A stretch of 42,216 bases of DNA from assembly GCA_021463315.1 (NCBI GenBank), contig JAJTXO010000001.1, positions 1-42,216 of the forward strand. Reading direction: 5' to 3'. Numbering within the stretch: position 1 is the first letter of the stretch; each line of letters begins with the position of its first letter. Position numbers and translations under genes: made by a program. The notes under the pieces are model-generated. The model worked only from the letters and a program-made list of their open reading frames with translations, searched no databases and was not told the DNA's origin. Source of the DNA: Caldilineales bacterium. Lineage in GTDB: Bacteria; Chloroflexota; Anaerolineae; JAAEKA01. Of the stretch, positions 1-9,007 are shown in pieces.

Positions 1-5
1 ATGTC

Positions 6-74
6 ATGCTGAGCCGTCTGCGGCGAAGCATCTCCTGCGGACATGTTGCGGGATGCTTCGGCGGACCTCAGCAT
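6..74. repeat. Imperfect nested palindrome (hairpin-forming element) just 3' of the last minus-strand gene
   Basis: ATGCTGAG (6-13) is complementary to CTCAGCAT (67-74). CGAAGCATC (24-32) is complementary to GATGCTTCG (52-60). It lies about 55 nt beyond the stop of the 129..893 gene. There is no U-tract, so the terminator role is uncertain. Confidence 0.45.
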
Positions 75-128
75 AACACGCCGGGGGTTCGTCGCTGCGG
101 CGCGTGTTGCTACTGGGGGATCAAAAAC

Positions 129-893
129 TCACGATGCCCTCTGGGCGGGTATGGCTGCCGGATCGGCCGCGGCCAGGCCGGCGAACTCGCGGGCAAAGTG
201 TTCGGCCTGGCGCGGGTCGAAATCCAGGGCGCTGGCCGCTTGCAGCGCCGCCGAACGCGCCGTCTCTGGCCAGGCGCCGGACTGCTGCAGACTGGCTATC
301 TGGTCGGCGCTGAAACTCTCGCCCAGCCGTCCAGTCGCCGCCCACGTGGCCGCCAGCAGCTTGATCTCGTCGGGCAGGTCACCGCTGGCAAAGCCCAGAG
401 CAGCCCCTGGCGCAGACGACGCGCGCAGGTTGGTCCCGATCTCCTGCAACTCGTCCAGCACGATCTCGGCCATGTCAGTCAACGCCGGCAGCGAGCTGGG
501 GAACAGCACAGCACCGATCTGCTGCGCCAGACGCAGGGTCGCGCTGCGCAGGCGGCGCATATAGGCGCCAGGCAGGAAGGAGAGATTGGGCTGTGGCACG
601 GGTACTTGCGCTGGTTCGACGGTCAGATCCTGCAGCATGGCCGCGTGCAACCTCGCGCACTGGGTGCAGTGCAGCAGGTGGCGGTGCAGCGCAGGATATT
701 GTTGCGCGGCTGCCTGGCCCAGCAGACCGGCAGTGACGTAGCCGGGCAGGTCCTGCTCGGCCTGCTCATGGCTGTAGCTGTCGTCGCCCACCAGCGCCTC
801 GGCCAGCTGGCGCGCGGGGTCGCCAGGCGGGATCTGGGTGCTGCGCAGCGCCTCTTGCAGGCGCTGCAATTGCTCGTCACGTTGCTCGGTCAT
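129..893 (-). CDS. zf-HC2-type anti-sigma-factor-like protein (254 aa), no obvious TM segment
   Basis: The ATG at 891-893 overlaps the stop of the upstream gene (ATGA, 890-893). It has the H-x3-C-x2-C motif (LHRHLLHCTQCARL) typical of zf-HC2 anti-sigma factors. It is the third gene of a sigma/anti-sigma string. Confidence 0.6.
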   Translation of the reverse strand: MTEQRDEQLQRLQEALRSTQIPPGDPARQLAEALVGDDSYSHEQAEQDLPGYVTAGLLGQAAAQQYPALHRHLLHCTQCARLHAAMLQDLTVEPAQVPVPQPNLSFLPGAYMRRLRSATLRLAQQIGAVLFPSSLPALTDMAEIVLDELQEIGTNLRASSAPGAALGFASGDLPDEIKLLAATWAATGRLGESFSADQIASLQQSGAWPETARSAALQAASALDFDPRQAEHFAREFAGLAAADPAAIPAQRAS

Positions 894-1138
894 AGGTCAG
901 CGCTCACCGGCTTGAGGAAGGAAAGATCGGGTCGGGGTGTGGGGGGCATTGTAGCACACGACGGCTCGGGCAGCAACGCCCAACTGATGGCCGCCCGTCG
1001 CCGGCAGCGGGGACAGGTCAGCAGGTGCAGCGCCAGCGGCAGATCGGGGATCGCCCGGGTGACGAAAGCCTGTGCGGCCCAGGCATCCACCTCTGCGACC
1101 GATGGACAGGTCGATGCGGTGGTTGGTTGCGGTTTCAT
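890..1138 (-). CDS. Small zf-HC2 anti-sigma-factor-like protein (82 aa)
   Basis: The ATG at 1136-1138 overlaps the sigma gene stop (ATGA, 1135-1138). It has the H-x3-C-x2-C motif (LHLLTCPRCRRR). Confidence 0.55.
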   Translation of the reverse strand: MKPQPTTASTCPSVAEVDAWAAQAFVTRAIPDLPLALHLLTCPRCRRRAAISWALLPEPSCATMPPTPRPDLSFLKPVSADL

Positions 1139-1953
1139 GAGTTCCCCTCCTTCAAGCGCAAGCGCTGCGACGGCGCCAATCGCTGTAGTATGAACTCGAT
1201 CACGTCAGGGCAGTGTTGTGGCAGATCCTTTTTGGCTTGAAAATGCAGCATATAAACGGCGTTGGCGCTGACTTTCAGCACCTCTGCCACCTCTGCTGCG
1301 GTCTGCGCCAGAAGCGTCAACGCCAGCAACGCAAAGGTGCGGCGCCATTTTCCCTTGGGCATGCAGGCGCAGATCATGCGGATGAGCTCCTCCTCAGCCG
1401 CTTCTAAATCCGCTTCCAGAAAGGAGTCTGGTCCCTCAAGATCATCCATCCCATCGTCATCACCGTTATCGCCGTTCTTCCCTGATATCTTCTGCTCGAA
1501 TTCGTCCAGCCTGCCAATGCGCCGGTAGTAGTCAATGACCTCATGACGGATGATCACGCTGACATAGCCCAGAAATCCATGCGGCTTCCCGACCCGGTGC
1601 AGGTTCTGATATACCCGCATCAGAACCTTCTGCGCCACATCCTCAGCATCCTGGACATTGCCAACGCGGGCATAAACCCGGGGATAGATCCACTGATGGA
1701 GTTCAGTAAACGCGCGCTCCTGGCGCTCGCTGCCGTCCTCCCGGCAGGCGGCGAGGAGGATGGGGCAGTAGGCGTAGGTGATGGCGTGGTCGATGTGTTG
1801 GCGATTTGGAAGGGACTCGCGAGCCGGTTGACCCAGGACTTCAACAACTTCAGCAACAAGCATACGCCTCTGGTTGTCACTGACATCAGACCCAGCCAAC
1901 TGCCAATCGCGGCTGGCAAGTTGGCTGGCTATCGTGGCTTCAATGTCATTCAT
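1135..1953 (-). CDS. RNA polymerase sigma-70 family factor, ECF-like, with about 90-aa N-terminal extension (272 aa)
   Basis: Region-2-like segment DAEDVAQKVLMRVYQNLHRV...FLGYVSVIIRHEVIDYYRR. Acidic linker. Region-4 HTH-like segment TAAEVAEVLKVSANAVYMLHFQAKKDL. GAGGA lies 10 nt upstream of the ATG at 1953. Confidence 0.8.
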   Translation of the reverse strand: MNDIEATIASQLASRDWQLAGSDVSDNQRRMLVAEVVEVLGQPARESLPNRQHIDHAITYAYCPILLAACREDGSERQERAFTELHQWIYPRVYARVGNVQDAEDVAQKVLMRVYQNLHRVGKPHGFLGYVSVIIRHEVIDYYRRIGRLDEFEQKISGKNGDNGDDDGMDDLEGPDSFLEADLEAAEEELIRMICACMPKGKWRRTFALLALTLLAQTAAEVAEVLKVSANAVYMLHFQAKKDLPQHCPDVIEFILQRLAPSQRLRLKEGNS

Positions 1954-2009
1954 GTGAGACGCGTCCTCATGAACAGACGAGATGTTGTGTGCAAAAGGTC
2001 TTAAGCGTA

Positions 2010-2603
2010 TTAGCGATAGATTCGCGGCGGGTAGCTGGTGGCCGGCCGTCGCGTCCGCGTGGGCGTCAAGGCTATCATGGCGCTGACTACTGCCAGGCCC
2101 AGCGTGGCTGCCCAGACGACCCAGAAGCCCGATGCCAGGCGAAGGTCATACACGGCGATCAGCAGGTTAGCAGCCATGTCGCGCGGCAGACTCAGGCGCA
2201 TCAGCAGAGGCATGCCGATCACCATCAGCACAGCCGCAACGGCGGCGGTGATTGCCGTCGCCCAGTAGGCCAGTTGGGCCAGTTCATCCTGGCGTAACAA
2301 GCTCAGCAGCAAGGCCACCATGCCGATCAAAGCTGCGCCTAATGGCAGCAGGATGATCACCCACAGGCACCAGGAGATGAAGTCCAGCCGCAGGATGTCC
2401 AGAGCGCTCAGCCTGGACTGCGCCTCCAGACTGGCCATGGCGTCTGGTATCGGCTGTGGTGCAAAGCGTTCCAGCAAGGGCTCCACAAGCCCCACGCCTT
2501 GTTGCATCCATGAGGACAAAGCGGCAGAGCCGGTTGTGAGCCATGGCAACAGAACAGCACTAACAACCAGTATCAGCACCAGGGCAATCATGATACCTTT
2601 CAT
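2010..2603 (-). CDS. Polytopic membrane protein, unknown function (197 aa)
   Basis: Four to five long hydrophobic stretches (e.g. IMIALVLILVVSAVLLPWL, WCLWVIILLPLGAALIGMVALLLSLL). I prefer the ATG at 2603 over the GTG at 2606 because GAGGAA lies 8 nt upstream. Confidence 0.65.
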   Translation of the reverse strand: MKGIMIALVLILVVSAVLLPWLTTGSAALSSWMQQGVGLVEPLLERFAPQPIPDAMASLEAQSRLSALDILRLDFISWCLWVIILLPLGAALIGMVALLLSLLRQDELAQLAYWATAITAAVAAVLMVIGMPLLMRLSLPRDMAANLLIAVYDLRLASGFWVVWAATLGLAVVSAMIALTPTRTRRPATSYPPRIYR

Positions 2604-2759
2604 CACCGACGTTCCTCACTGAATCCTGATCGTCTCACCGCATTTGGTTCGCTGCTGCTGGACCTGGCCAGGCATGCACCCCAGTTGGAGACGAACTGTG
2701 TAGGTGCCGACCGGCGGTGTTTGTGCTTGGTGTTATCAAAGCATGTCGGTTTAGCCCGA

Positions 2760-3743
2760 TCATCTCACACCATACACGTACGCACACCATTCCCGCATTT
2801 GAGTGCCTTGTCTTAGCTCGATCTGTAGCAGGAAAGTATACGTTGTATCTTCTTTCGCCCAACTGATGTTGGGAACCACCATCGCGCTTTGGCTATTGAT
2901 GTCATTCCTACCTGGCCTGTCCCGTTGACACCTCGTCCCGTTGCTAGTCTCTTCACATGTCCATGGCACAGACCAATCATTGATGTCGGTTGAGACAGGT
3001 ATCAGGTCCTCACGGGCGTATCTGATTGTGTAGTTCGCAGCATTACCAAGCAGGATTTGAAAGCTGCTGAACGCCCCGTGGGAGCTCGGTGCCATGAAAC
3101 CAAATCCCTGCCTAAGAGCTGTCTCGTTGTCAATACAATGTGTAGGTATCAACGCTCGATGAGCAGGCAAGGGGACAGGTGTCGATCTAGGATTGACGAC
3201 TCTTGTTGGCTCTGGACTCGGATCAGTGGATGGCGATATGGTTTCAGTTTCGGCTACAACGTGATCAGGTACTGGGGTGTCAGTTGGCGTTAATGTCGGC
3301 GGCTCAATTGTGGATGTCTGCGTCGGAGTTGAAGTGGGTGTTGGTGTGACTGTTGAGGTTGGAGTGGATGTTGCTAACTGTGGAGCGAAAACAATACCTT
3401 CAATTGTGCCTGTGGGATTAGAGGAAGCTCCGGGATACGAGACCGCAAGCAGGAGAGATGTTGGATCAATATGGACTTGTTGAACCGGGAGCTTGTCTGA
3501 CAGCGACATGACAAAAAAACTAAGGAAAGCGATTAGAGTCACAAGCGACGGAATGCTTAATGCAAAAGGCGGCCGTCCAAAAGCGCGCAGCGATGTTCTA
3601 ATCTTCATCAACCGACGCTCACGGCGCGTTGCACCTGCACCTCGCTTTGGAGTGGCCCCAAGAACAAGGGTGACCGTTACAGCAAGACAGGCTATCAGAA
3701 TTGGAATAAGGGTAACAATGTTGAACCAACTTGGAATTTTCAT
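2760..3743 (-). CDS. Membrane protein with two N-terminal TM segments, Thr/Pro-rich linker and Cys-containing C-terminal domain (327 aa)
   Basis: TM-like IVTLIPILIACLAVTVTLVL and LVTLIAFLSFFVMSL flank an Arg-rich loop. Linker TSTPTSTVTPTPTSTPTQTSTIEPPTLTPTDTP. No family recognised. Lies in the lower-GC stretch. Confidence 0.6.
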   Translation of the reverse strand: MKIPSWFNIVTLIPILIACLAVTVTLVLGATPKRGAGATRRERRLMKIRTSLRAFGRPPFALSIPSLVTLIAFLSFFVMSLSDKLPVQQVHIDPTSLLLAVSYPGASSNPTGTIEGIVFAPQLATSTPTSTVTPTPTSTPTQTSTIEPPTLTPTDTPVPDHVVAETETISPSTDPSPEPTRVVNPRSTPVPLPAHRALIPTHCIDNETALRQGFGFMAPSSHGAFSSFQILLGNAANYTIRYAREDLIPVSTDINDWSVPWTCEETSNGTRCQRDRPGRNDINSQSAMVVPNISWAKEDTTYTFLLQIELRQGTQMREWCAYVYGVR

Positions 3744-3765
3744 GAGGTCAGTTATCTGGCGACAG

Positions 3766-5079
3766 TTACGATTGCGAACGAGTCCAGGGAAAATCGAAAT
3801 CTTCGTTGAGATTGTCTCTCAGGTTGAGCAAATTGTAGCGATACAAAAGCAAACTTGCCGCCAATCCCGATGCAGCCAGGAGCGCGGTAAGGAGAGCGAG
3901 GAAATAGAGCGATGGCTTGGCACGAGTAGAATCAGATGGAGGAACCGGGATTTCAAGCCGGATATCCTCACAACCGGGATACTGCAAGCGCAAGTCCGCT
4001 GACCTTGCCTGGGATGCGGTTAGTAGCTTTGGAATCGACATTGACACCTCAAGGTCTGTAGGCGTCGACAATTCCTCTTCGATCTTCTTGGCCGCCGATG
4101 AGCTTGCATTTCCTTGTACTGGTAACAGGAACACACGAATATGACGATTCGGTGATAAGACTTGCACCTCTTCGTTCAGTAGTCGTTCCTGATTGATCAA
4201 AGGATCGGACTTAAGTTCGTGAAAGCGGCTTAGGACGATGACCACAACTCGATCTCGACTCGGAATGGTGGAGTCTGCGTAACGCTCGGTGACTGCCTTT
4301 GCAAACCCTTGAAGCTCGGGTCTGGTCATGGATCTATCAAAAAGGGGACGATCGTTGGGTTCTCCTCGAAGAATCATCCACGTAGTGCGAGGAGTCTGTA
4401 CCGTAGCAGACAAAGGAATTGGGCTGACTAAATCGTCACCCACGACTGCTCTGGTATTGATACTTGAACATTCGAGAGCTTTCTGTACATCTTGTGATAT
4501 CCGAGACACTGACCAGCGAATACCACGCGCAGCACTACCGTCGCACTCACAGTTGCACCAAATGTTCAGATTGGTCTTCCTGGGAGTCACTGTACTTCCA
4601 TACATGACTGGTCCTAGAATATTCGCGAAGAAAGTTCGCTCCCAGAATTCCTTCTCAAGGTCACTCTGATTCTTGTCCGTAGCTGTCAACATTGCCGCAT
4701 CCACATCGAGATACAGGTTGAGCGTTTGTGACACAATGTGGGACACGCGCACCATCGGTGGCGCATCCTGCAAGGCCCATGCAGCGGTGAACGAAGCGAG
4801 ATTCTCCGCAACCTTTCGATCAAGGACTTTCAAAGACGCGTTGAGAGTCCAATTGGTGTTGGTGTAAGTGAGAAGGGCCGAAGTACCTTCGAAACATGCG
4901 GGCAATGGAAATGGAGTGGGCGTGGGCTGTGGCTGAACAGAAGTACCACCCGACGTTGGCACTGGTTGCGACATCATGACAACGCAGCCAACAACGACTA
5001 GAACAAGCCCCGCAATTGGCTTAACGAGGGATATGAAATTCCGCTTCACACCATTCGGTAGCAGTTTGAGCTTAGCCAT
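3766..5079 (-). CDS. Bitopic membrane protein (N- and C-terminal TM), unknown function (437 aa)
   Basis: N-terminal anchor IAGLVLVVVGCVVMM and C-terminal anchor LYFLALLTALLAASGLAASLLLY. The start is 3 nt after the upstream stop (TAG GCT ATG). No MIDAS or other motif recognised. Confidence 0.65.
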   Translation of the reverse strand: MAKLKLLPNGVKRNFISLVKPIAGLVLVVVGCVVMMSQPVPTSGGTSVQPQPTPTPFPLPACFEGTSALLTYTNTNWTLNASLKVLDRKVAENLASFTAAWALQDAPPMVRVSHIVSQTLNLYLDVDAAMLTATDKNQSDLEKEFWERTFFANILGPVMYGSTVTPRKTNLNIWCNCECDGSAARGIRWSVSRISQDVQKALECSSINTRAVVGDDLVSPIPLSATVQTPRTTWMILRGEPNDRPLFDRSMTRPELQGFAKAVTERYADSTIPSRDRVVVIVLSRFHELKSDPLINQERLLNEEVQVLSPNRHIRVFLLPVQGNASSSAAKKIEEELSTPTDLEVSMSIPKLLTASQARSADLRLQYPGCEDIRLEIPVPPSDSTRAKPSLYFLALLTALLAASGLAASLLLYRYNLLNLRDNLNEDFDFPWTRSQS

Positions 5080-5082
5080 AGC

Positions 5083-5922
5083 CTAACCAAAACCTAGTTT
5101 ATTGTTTGGGTCGGTACCAACGTAGAACGCACCGCCTTTGTTCACTGGACGTGATACAGTTCCACCCATCAAGAATCTGTCCGGGTTTGCTGGATCAGTC
5201 AGCCCCGCCAATTGGGCTCTATCAGTCACACCAGAAGCAGAAGAGAATGTGAGCATGATCCAACTGTTGATATTCACCGGTTTTTTGAACCGCACCGTTA
5301 GGCCATCTGAGCTAAAGAATAGCTTCGAATACCGTAGTGTGCGAGTAACACCTTGATTCCACGTTTGATTCTTTGACTCATCATTCTCAATTGTCAAATT
5401 GTGAACCAATGGAGTGAGGGTATACTTGTGGTAACCGTAAGGATCGATGTGTAGTACTAGAACAGCAATAGTGTTGAAGAGAATCCATGTTATGCCAGCC
5501 GTCTCCAAGTGCTGCAAGATTTGTAGTACTGTATCAACTCCAAGGGGAGAAAGCTTCCAGATGACGTCCGTGTCTATCCAGCCAAGCATGTTCATGGGAT
5601 TTCTCCAATGACAGAGTACACCGATAACCAAAGCTGAGCCTACAAGTTGGATCAGAAACACATGGACCCTATAGTCAACCAGCCATCTTGATACCGTGCT
5701 ACTTTCCCTGCCATCCCGGTCAGGATCATTGTTTATCAGTCCGATCGCAAGGTGTGTTGGTTTTTTCAGGGTCGCTAGAATCCCGAATCGGATGGTACTC
5801 CAAGCTAGAAGAATTAATAAGACGATGATAGCAGCATCCCAGTACTTCGCTAGGTTGACAAGCCAACCCGGATTGTCAACCATACACAATTCAAGAAACT
5901 GGTTCCAAGAGTCACCACACAT
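5083..5922 (-). CDS. Membrane protein with about 3 TM segments and a beta-rich C-terminal domain (279 aa)
   Basis: Hydrophobic stretches AAIIVLLILLAWSTIRFGILA, VFLIQLVGSALVIGVL, ITWILFNTIAVLVL. Strong AAGGAG lies 6 nt upstream of the ATG at 5920-5922. Confidence 0.65.
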   Translation of the reverse strand: MCGDSWNQFLELCMVDNPGWLVNLAKYWDAAIIVLLILLAWSTIRFGILATLKKPTHLAIGLINNDPDRDGRESSTVSRWLVDYRVHVFLIQLVGSALVIGVLCHWRNPMNMLGWIDTDVIWKLSPLGVDTVLQILQHLETAGITWILFNTIAVLVLHIDPYGYHKYTLTPLVHNLTIENDESKNQTWNQGVTRTLRYSKLFFSSDGLTVRFKKPVNINSWIMLTFSSASGVTDRAQLAGLTDPANPDRFLMGGTVSRPVNKGGAFYVGTDPNNKLGFG

Positions 5923-5958
5923 GTCTATCTCCTTGTGCTCTGCTCCACTGCGAATGTC

Positions 5959-8907
5959 CTAAAACGCAAAGATATCTCTGCAGCGCGCCTCAAGATCGTT
6001 ATAGTAGTCGCCATCTTCCATCAATGGTCGCAAGACCTCTAATGCCTTTTTGGCGATCCCGGCCGTTTCTGGTGGAGAATCGCTTGTCTGGCCGTCAATG
6101 ATGTCGGCCAGTTGGGAAAGCAGTGTACTGGCTCGCCTGGTTCTGATACCTTCAAGGTGGCGTTCACATTGTGCGATGCATCTCCTTTGGGCTCCTTGAC
6201 GAGCACGCCTCTTGGCTTCCATCAAAAGATCCTGAGCTTTGACGAATTCGTCGACACTGGCCAGGCGACTGATCTCTTTGCACTTGGCTCGAATTGGATC
6301 CTGGTGGTCAAGGGCAGCACATTGTATTTCTAGATCCCTCTCAGTAGTGCCCGTTTTCTCAGACTCGACAACAGCTTTGTGAAGCCGGCCAAGCGACTCG
6401 CCCATTCCTTGTAGGGCATGCATGATCTCAGTGAAGGAGTCTTGGAAGTTCGCGTTCAAGACAAGGGTATCATTGACTGGGCGCGCATCGATTGATTCAT
6501 CGCGCTTCGGAATGACTGCTTCACCCAGAGAGAGGTTAACGTTAGATTCCAGCGGAAAAGCGTAACCTTTTTCGATGACCGCCCCGACAGCTTCAACATA
6601 GCGACGCACATCCTCAGAAACCGATACTTCGCCCAGAATTATGTTACTAACACGAAGTGCAAGGCTGGCGTCGTTTGCGCGCCACGCCGACTCTAGCGCC
6701 GCCAGTATCAATCGGGCGGTCAATCGAGTCTGATGGATGGCCAAGTCGGAATACCATGAGTTCAAGGTGTCATTTGACAGATCAGCCATGTCAAACAACT
6801 CCACGCCCAATCGTTCAGCTTCAGCAAGAACAGCAACTGGTGGCACACCTGCATCAAGTGCAGCCTGATACTGGGTGCGAAGCCGAAATTGAGCCGCGGC
6901 AAGCCCACGCAGTTCATCGCGATACCGTGAGGCTGTTTGATAGAGACTGTTGAATTCCTCTTCATTGCCGGAGAATTCCATCCAGCGGCGCGCTGGATCA
7001 AGGGAGGCCAGAAACGTATCCAAGCACCGCATGTGCTCGCCTATTCGTTGCGGCGTTCTGGGAGGCCCATCGCCTCGAATCTCGGCATACTTGGCTTCCC
7101 AAATCGCAATAGCCTTGGGAGCTACTTGCTGCAAGCACATCTTTACGTCTGGATCCTTCGGCCAATACGCCACCAGCCATCCTCCAGCCGGCCCAACCGG
7201 ATCACCATCGAGGTGTGACATCACCATCTTTTGCCAGCGCTTATCCTGCGCCAACCCCCACCGGTCGTGCGCAGAGGCTGCTCGCAATGCTGACAGTGCT
7301 TCCAGCGCCAACCAGGCAGCGCCTTGGTCCATGTGTTCCAGGTTTGCCGCCACACCCGCTGCGACCGCATTCGATCTGAGCTGGACGCGTCTAAGCGCAC
7401 GATGGTATTGGCTGCGCTTCGGGTCCTGCCTGTCCATCAATCGAAGAACTGCGTTCCATTTGTCTTGCGCCACTTCGAACTTCTTGGCTTTGAATGCGGC
7501 TCTTGCCTCGTTGACAGCCCTGCGCACCAGATCGGCGCGATCGATTTTCTGTCTCGCTTGCCACAGGCCCACCACGGGATCCCCGATCTGAGACTCGATC
7601 ATGGCTCGATAGCCCGCTGGCAACACTTCAATATCGCTCACTGCCTGCTCGAAGAGGTCAACAGACGATGGCGGATCTTCCAGCAGCCCTTTGACAGCGT
7701 CTTCCATCCCAAGGCTGACGCGCAAATCCACCTCCAGCAACTCTAGACGGCCAGAGGGTTGGTCTTCTCCCCACTCGGCTAGCACTCTCTGCAGCTGCTG
7801 CAAGGCTGCCTTGAGGTGACCGCGATCGACCAAGGCGAGCGCCTCCAGCAACGCTGCAGCGAGCCTATCTTGCCCGCCGGAGGCATCTGGCGTCTGCGCC
7901 GGCGACAATCGCCACAGCGTATCGGTCACCGTCCACCAACGCCATGCTCGCAATCGTTCGTGCGCCGCTATCCCAGTCCTCTCTGCCAGTTGCAGGAACT
8001 TATCCACCGTCGGATGATAGGATCCAATTCTGACATCATGTGTTAGCCTATTGAAATGCTTGGCTAAGGTTTCACGAGTTCGCAGGAGACGGAAGGAGCC
8101 GACGCTGTCCGGCTCGCGCCGCGCCGCAATATCGAACAAGGCCTGGGCGGCAGGGAACTGCTCACCGGCAAGAAGATCCAAGCCTTCGCTCAGAAGCTCT
8201 TCGACAGGCCGGCTCCAATTTCTGAAGATGGCTTCCAGCTTGGTGTGGGTGCTCTCGGCAGTCGCTGTGCCTTGAGCATCGAGCAGGATCGACGAAAGCA
8301 CCGTGCGCGTCCCCAGGCTCACCCGCTGCCACGCCGGCCACGTTGTCTCTGGCGTCAGGGGTGGGAAGACAGGCGGCACGGCGCCGGTCAGCAACTCAAC
8401 CCACAATGCCGCCGCTGCCTGAAGATCATCGTGTTGGCTCTCATCGTTTTCCCGCACCCACTCCCAGCCATAAATGATCCATTTCTTGTTCGCGACGTCC
8501 CAGAGCAGCTCATCGAACCCCGGCTGCAGGCCGCTAAAGCCGGCCTGGTGCAGCGCGGCAAGCAGCTTGGTCTGCTGAGAAGCGATTTCGAGGACCTTGA
8601 CTTCCGTGGCGTCATCAGGCCATCCCAGAGCCAGAGAAGCGCCGCGCACGCCGAGCGCCAACAGAGCGCCGTCATCAGGCGTTTCCTGGTAATCGACAAG
8701 CGACGGGCAGCCGGCAAAGGGCAGACCATCCTGGCGCAGGGCAAGCAGCGCCTTGTGCGCCGCCTCCAGCGAGGCCGCGCCATAGGGCGCAGGAGGAGCG
8801 ACCAACACGATCGCCGGCTGGTCGGTGCTGGTGCGCGCCTCATAGCGGGCGATCAGGCCGGCGCTGCCGACCAGTTTGGGGCTGTGAATTGAGCTGGGGA
8901 ATTCCAT
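5959..8907 (-). CDS. Degenerate kinase-fold (pseudokinase-like) N-domain fused to about 700 aa of helical (TPR-like) repeats (982 aa)
   Basis: The N-terminal 250 aa align by eye with the kinase-fold protein at 15220..16260 (LHQAGFSG..FDELLW..IIYGWEWV vs LHAAGYTASDRKIDDIYW..IVLDWNVV; WVELLTGAVPP vs WYEFLVGHAPS; PAWQRVSLGTRTVL vs PEWQKLSRGTQSIL). It lacks the VAVK lysine and the D-x-K catalytic loop. The rest is helix-rich and has no TM. Confidence 0.7.
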   Translation of the reverse strand: MEFPSSIHSPKLVGSAGLIARYEARTSTDQPAIVLVAPPAPYGAASLEAAHKALLALRQDGLPFAGCPSLVDYQETPDDGALLALGVRGASLALGWPDDATEVKVLEIASQQTKLLAALHQAGFSGLQPGFDELLWDVANKKWIIYGWEWVRENDESQHDDLQAAAALWVELLTGAVPPVFPPLTPETTWPAWQRVSLGTRTVLSSILLDAQGTATAESTHTKLEAIFRNWSRPVEELLSEGLDLLAGEQFPAAQALFDIAARREPDSVGSFRLLRTRETLAKHFNRLTHDVRIGSYHPTVDKFLQLAERTGIAAHERLRAWRWWTVTDTLWRLSPAQTPDASGGQDRLAAALLEALALVDRGHLKAALQQLQRVLAEWGEDQPSGRLELLEVDLRVSLGMEDAVKGLLEDPPSSVDLFEQAVSDIEVLPAGYRAMIESQIGDPVVGLWQARQKIDRADLVRRAVNEARAAFKAKKFEVAQDKWNAVLRLMDRQDPKRSQYHRALRRVQLRSNAVAAGVAANLEHMDQGAAWLALEALSALRAASAHDRWGLAQDKRWQKMVMSHLDGDPVGPAGGWLVAYWPKDPDVKMCLQQVAPKAIAIWEAKYAEIRGDGPPRTPQRIGEHMRCLDTFLASLDPARRWMEFSGNEEEFNSLYQTASRYRDELRGLAAAQFRLRTQYQAALDAGVPPVAVLAEAERLGVELFDMADLSNDTLNSWYSDLAIHQTRLTARLILAALESAWRANDASLALRVSNIILGEVSVSEDVRRYVEAVGAVIEKGYAFPLESNVNLSLGEAVIPKRDESIDARPVNDTLVLNANFQDSFTEIMHALQGMGESLGRLHKAVVESEKTGTTERDLEIQCAALDHQDPIRAKCKEISRLASVDEFVKAQDLLMEAKRRARQGAQRRCIAQCERHLEGIRTRRASTLLSQLADIIDGQTSDSPPETAGIAKKALEVLRPLMEDGDYYNDLEARCRDIFAF

Positions 8908-9007
8908 TGCGATGTTGCGTCCATGTTGGCGGTAGTTGTCGTCGGTGAGGGCGAAGCCAATAACCTTCTAAGCCAGTTCGAGCGTCCCTACGGACGCGGG
9001 TTACGGT

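Noticed and set aside
6-1193. Long plus-strand ORFs: 6..1193, 20596..22152, 23820..24707, 37198..39117, 40101..41063, 40888..41622 and many shorter ones.
   Set aside because: Their translations are Arg/Ala/Gly/Pro-rich and low-complexity, with no motifs. Each is fully antisense to a minus-strand ORF that has recognisable domains and sensible start contexts. This is the usual shadow-ORF pattern in high-GC DNA.
1954-2009. ECF-type autoregulated promoter upstream of the sigma gene (CGTCT 21 nt before the ATG).
   Set aside because: There is no convincing GGAAC/TGAAC -35 element at the right spacing, and the gene may simply be read through from upstream.
3766-5079. 3766..5079 as a fourth vWA protein (hydrophobic strand RVVVIVLSRFH).
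   Set aside because: No D-x-S-x-S MIDAS or other vWA landmarks follow the strand, so the resemblance is superficial.
2700-7000. Low-GC stretch as a mobile element or prophage remnant.
   Set aside because: I recognised no integrase, transposase, recombinase, tRNA attachment site or flanking direct repeats. The genes are in frame with the operon-like packing. I report it only as a compositional anomaly.
8982-8997. Short hairpins after stop codons as rho-independent terminators (GCGTCC-CTAC-GGACGC at 8982-8997; GAATAGT..ACTATTC at 10882-10902).
   Set aside because: The stems are only 6-7 bp and are not followed by a U-tract on the mRNA strand. The second overlaps the stop codon. This is too weak to call.
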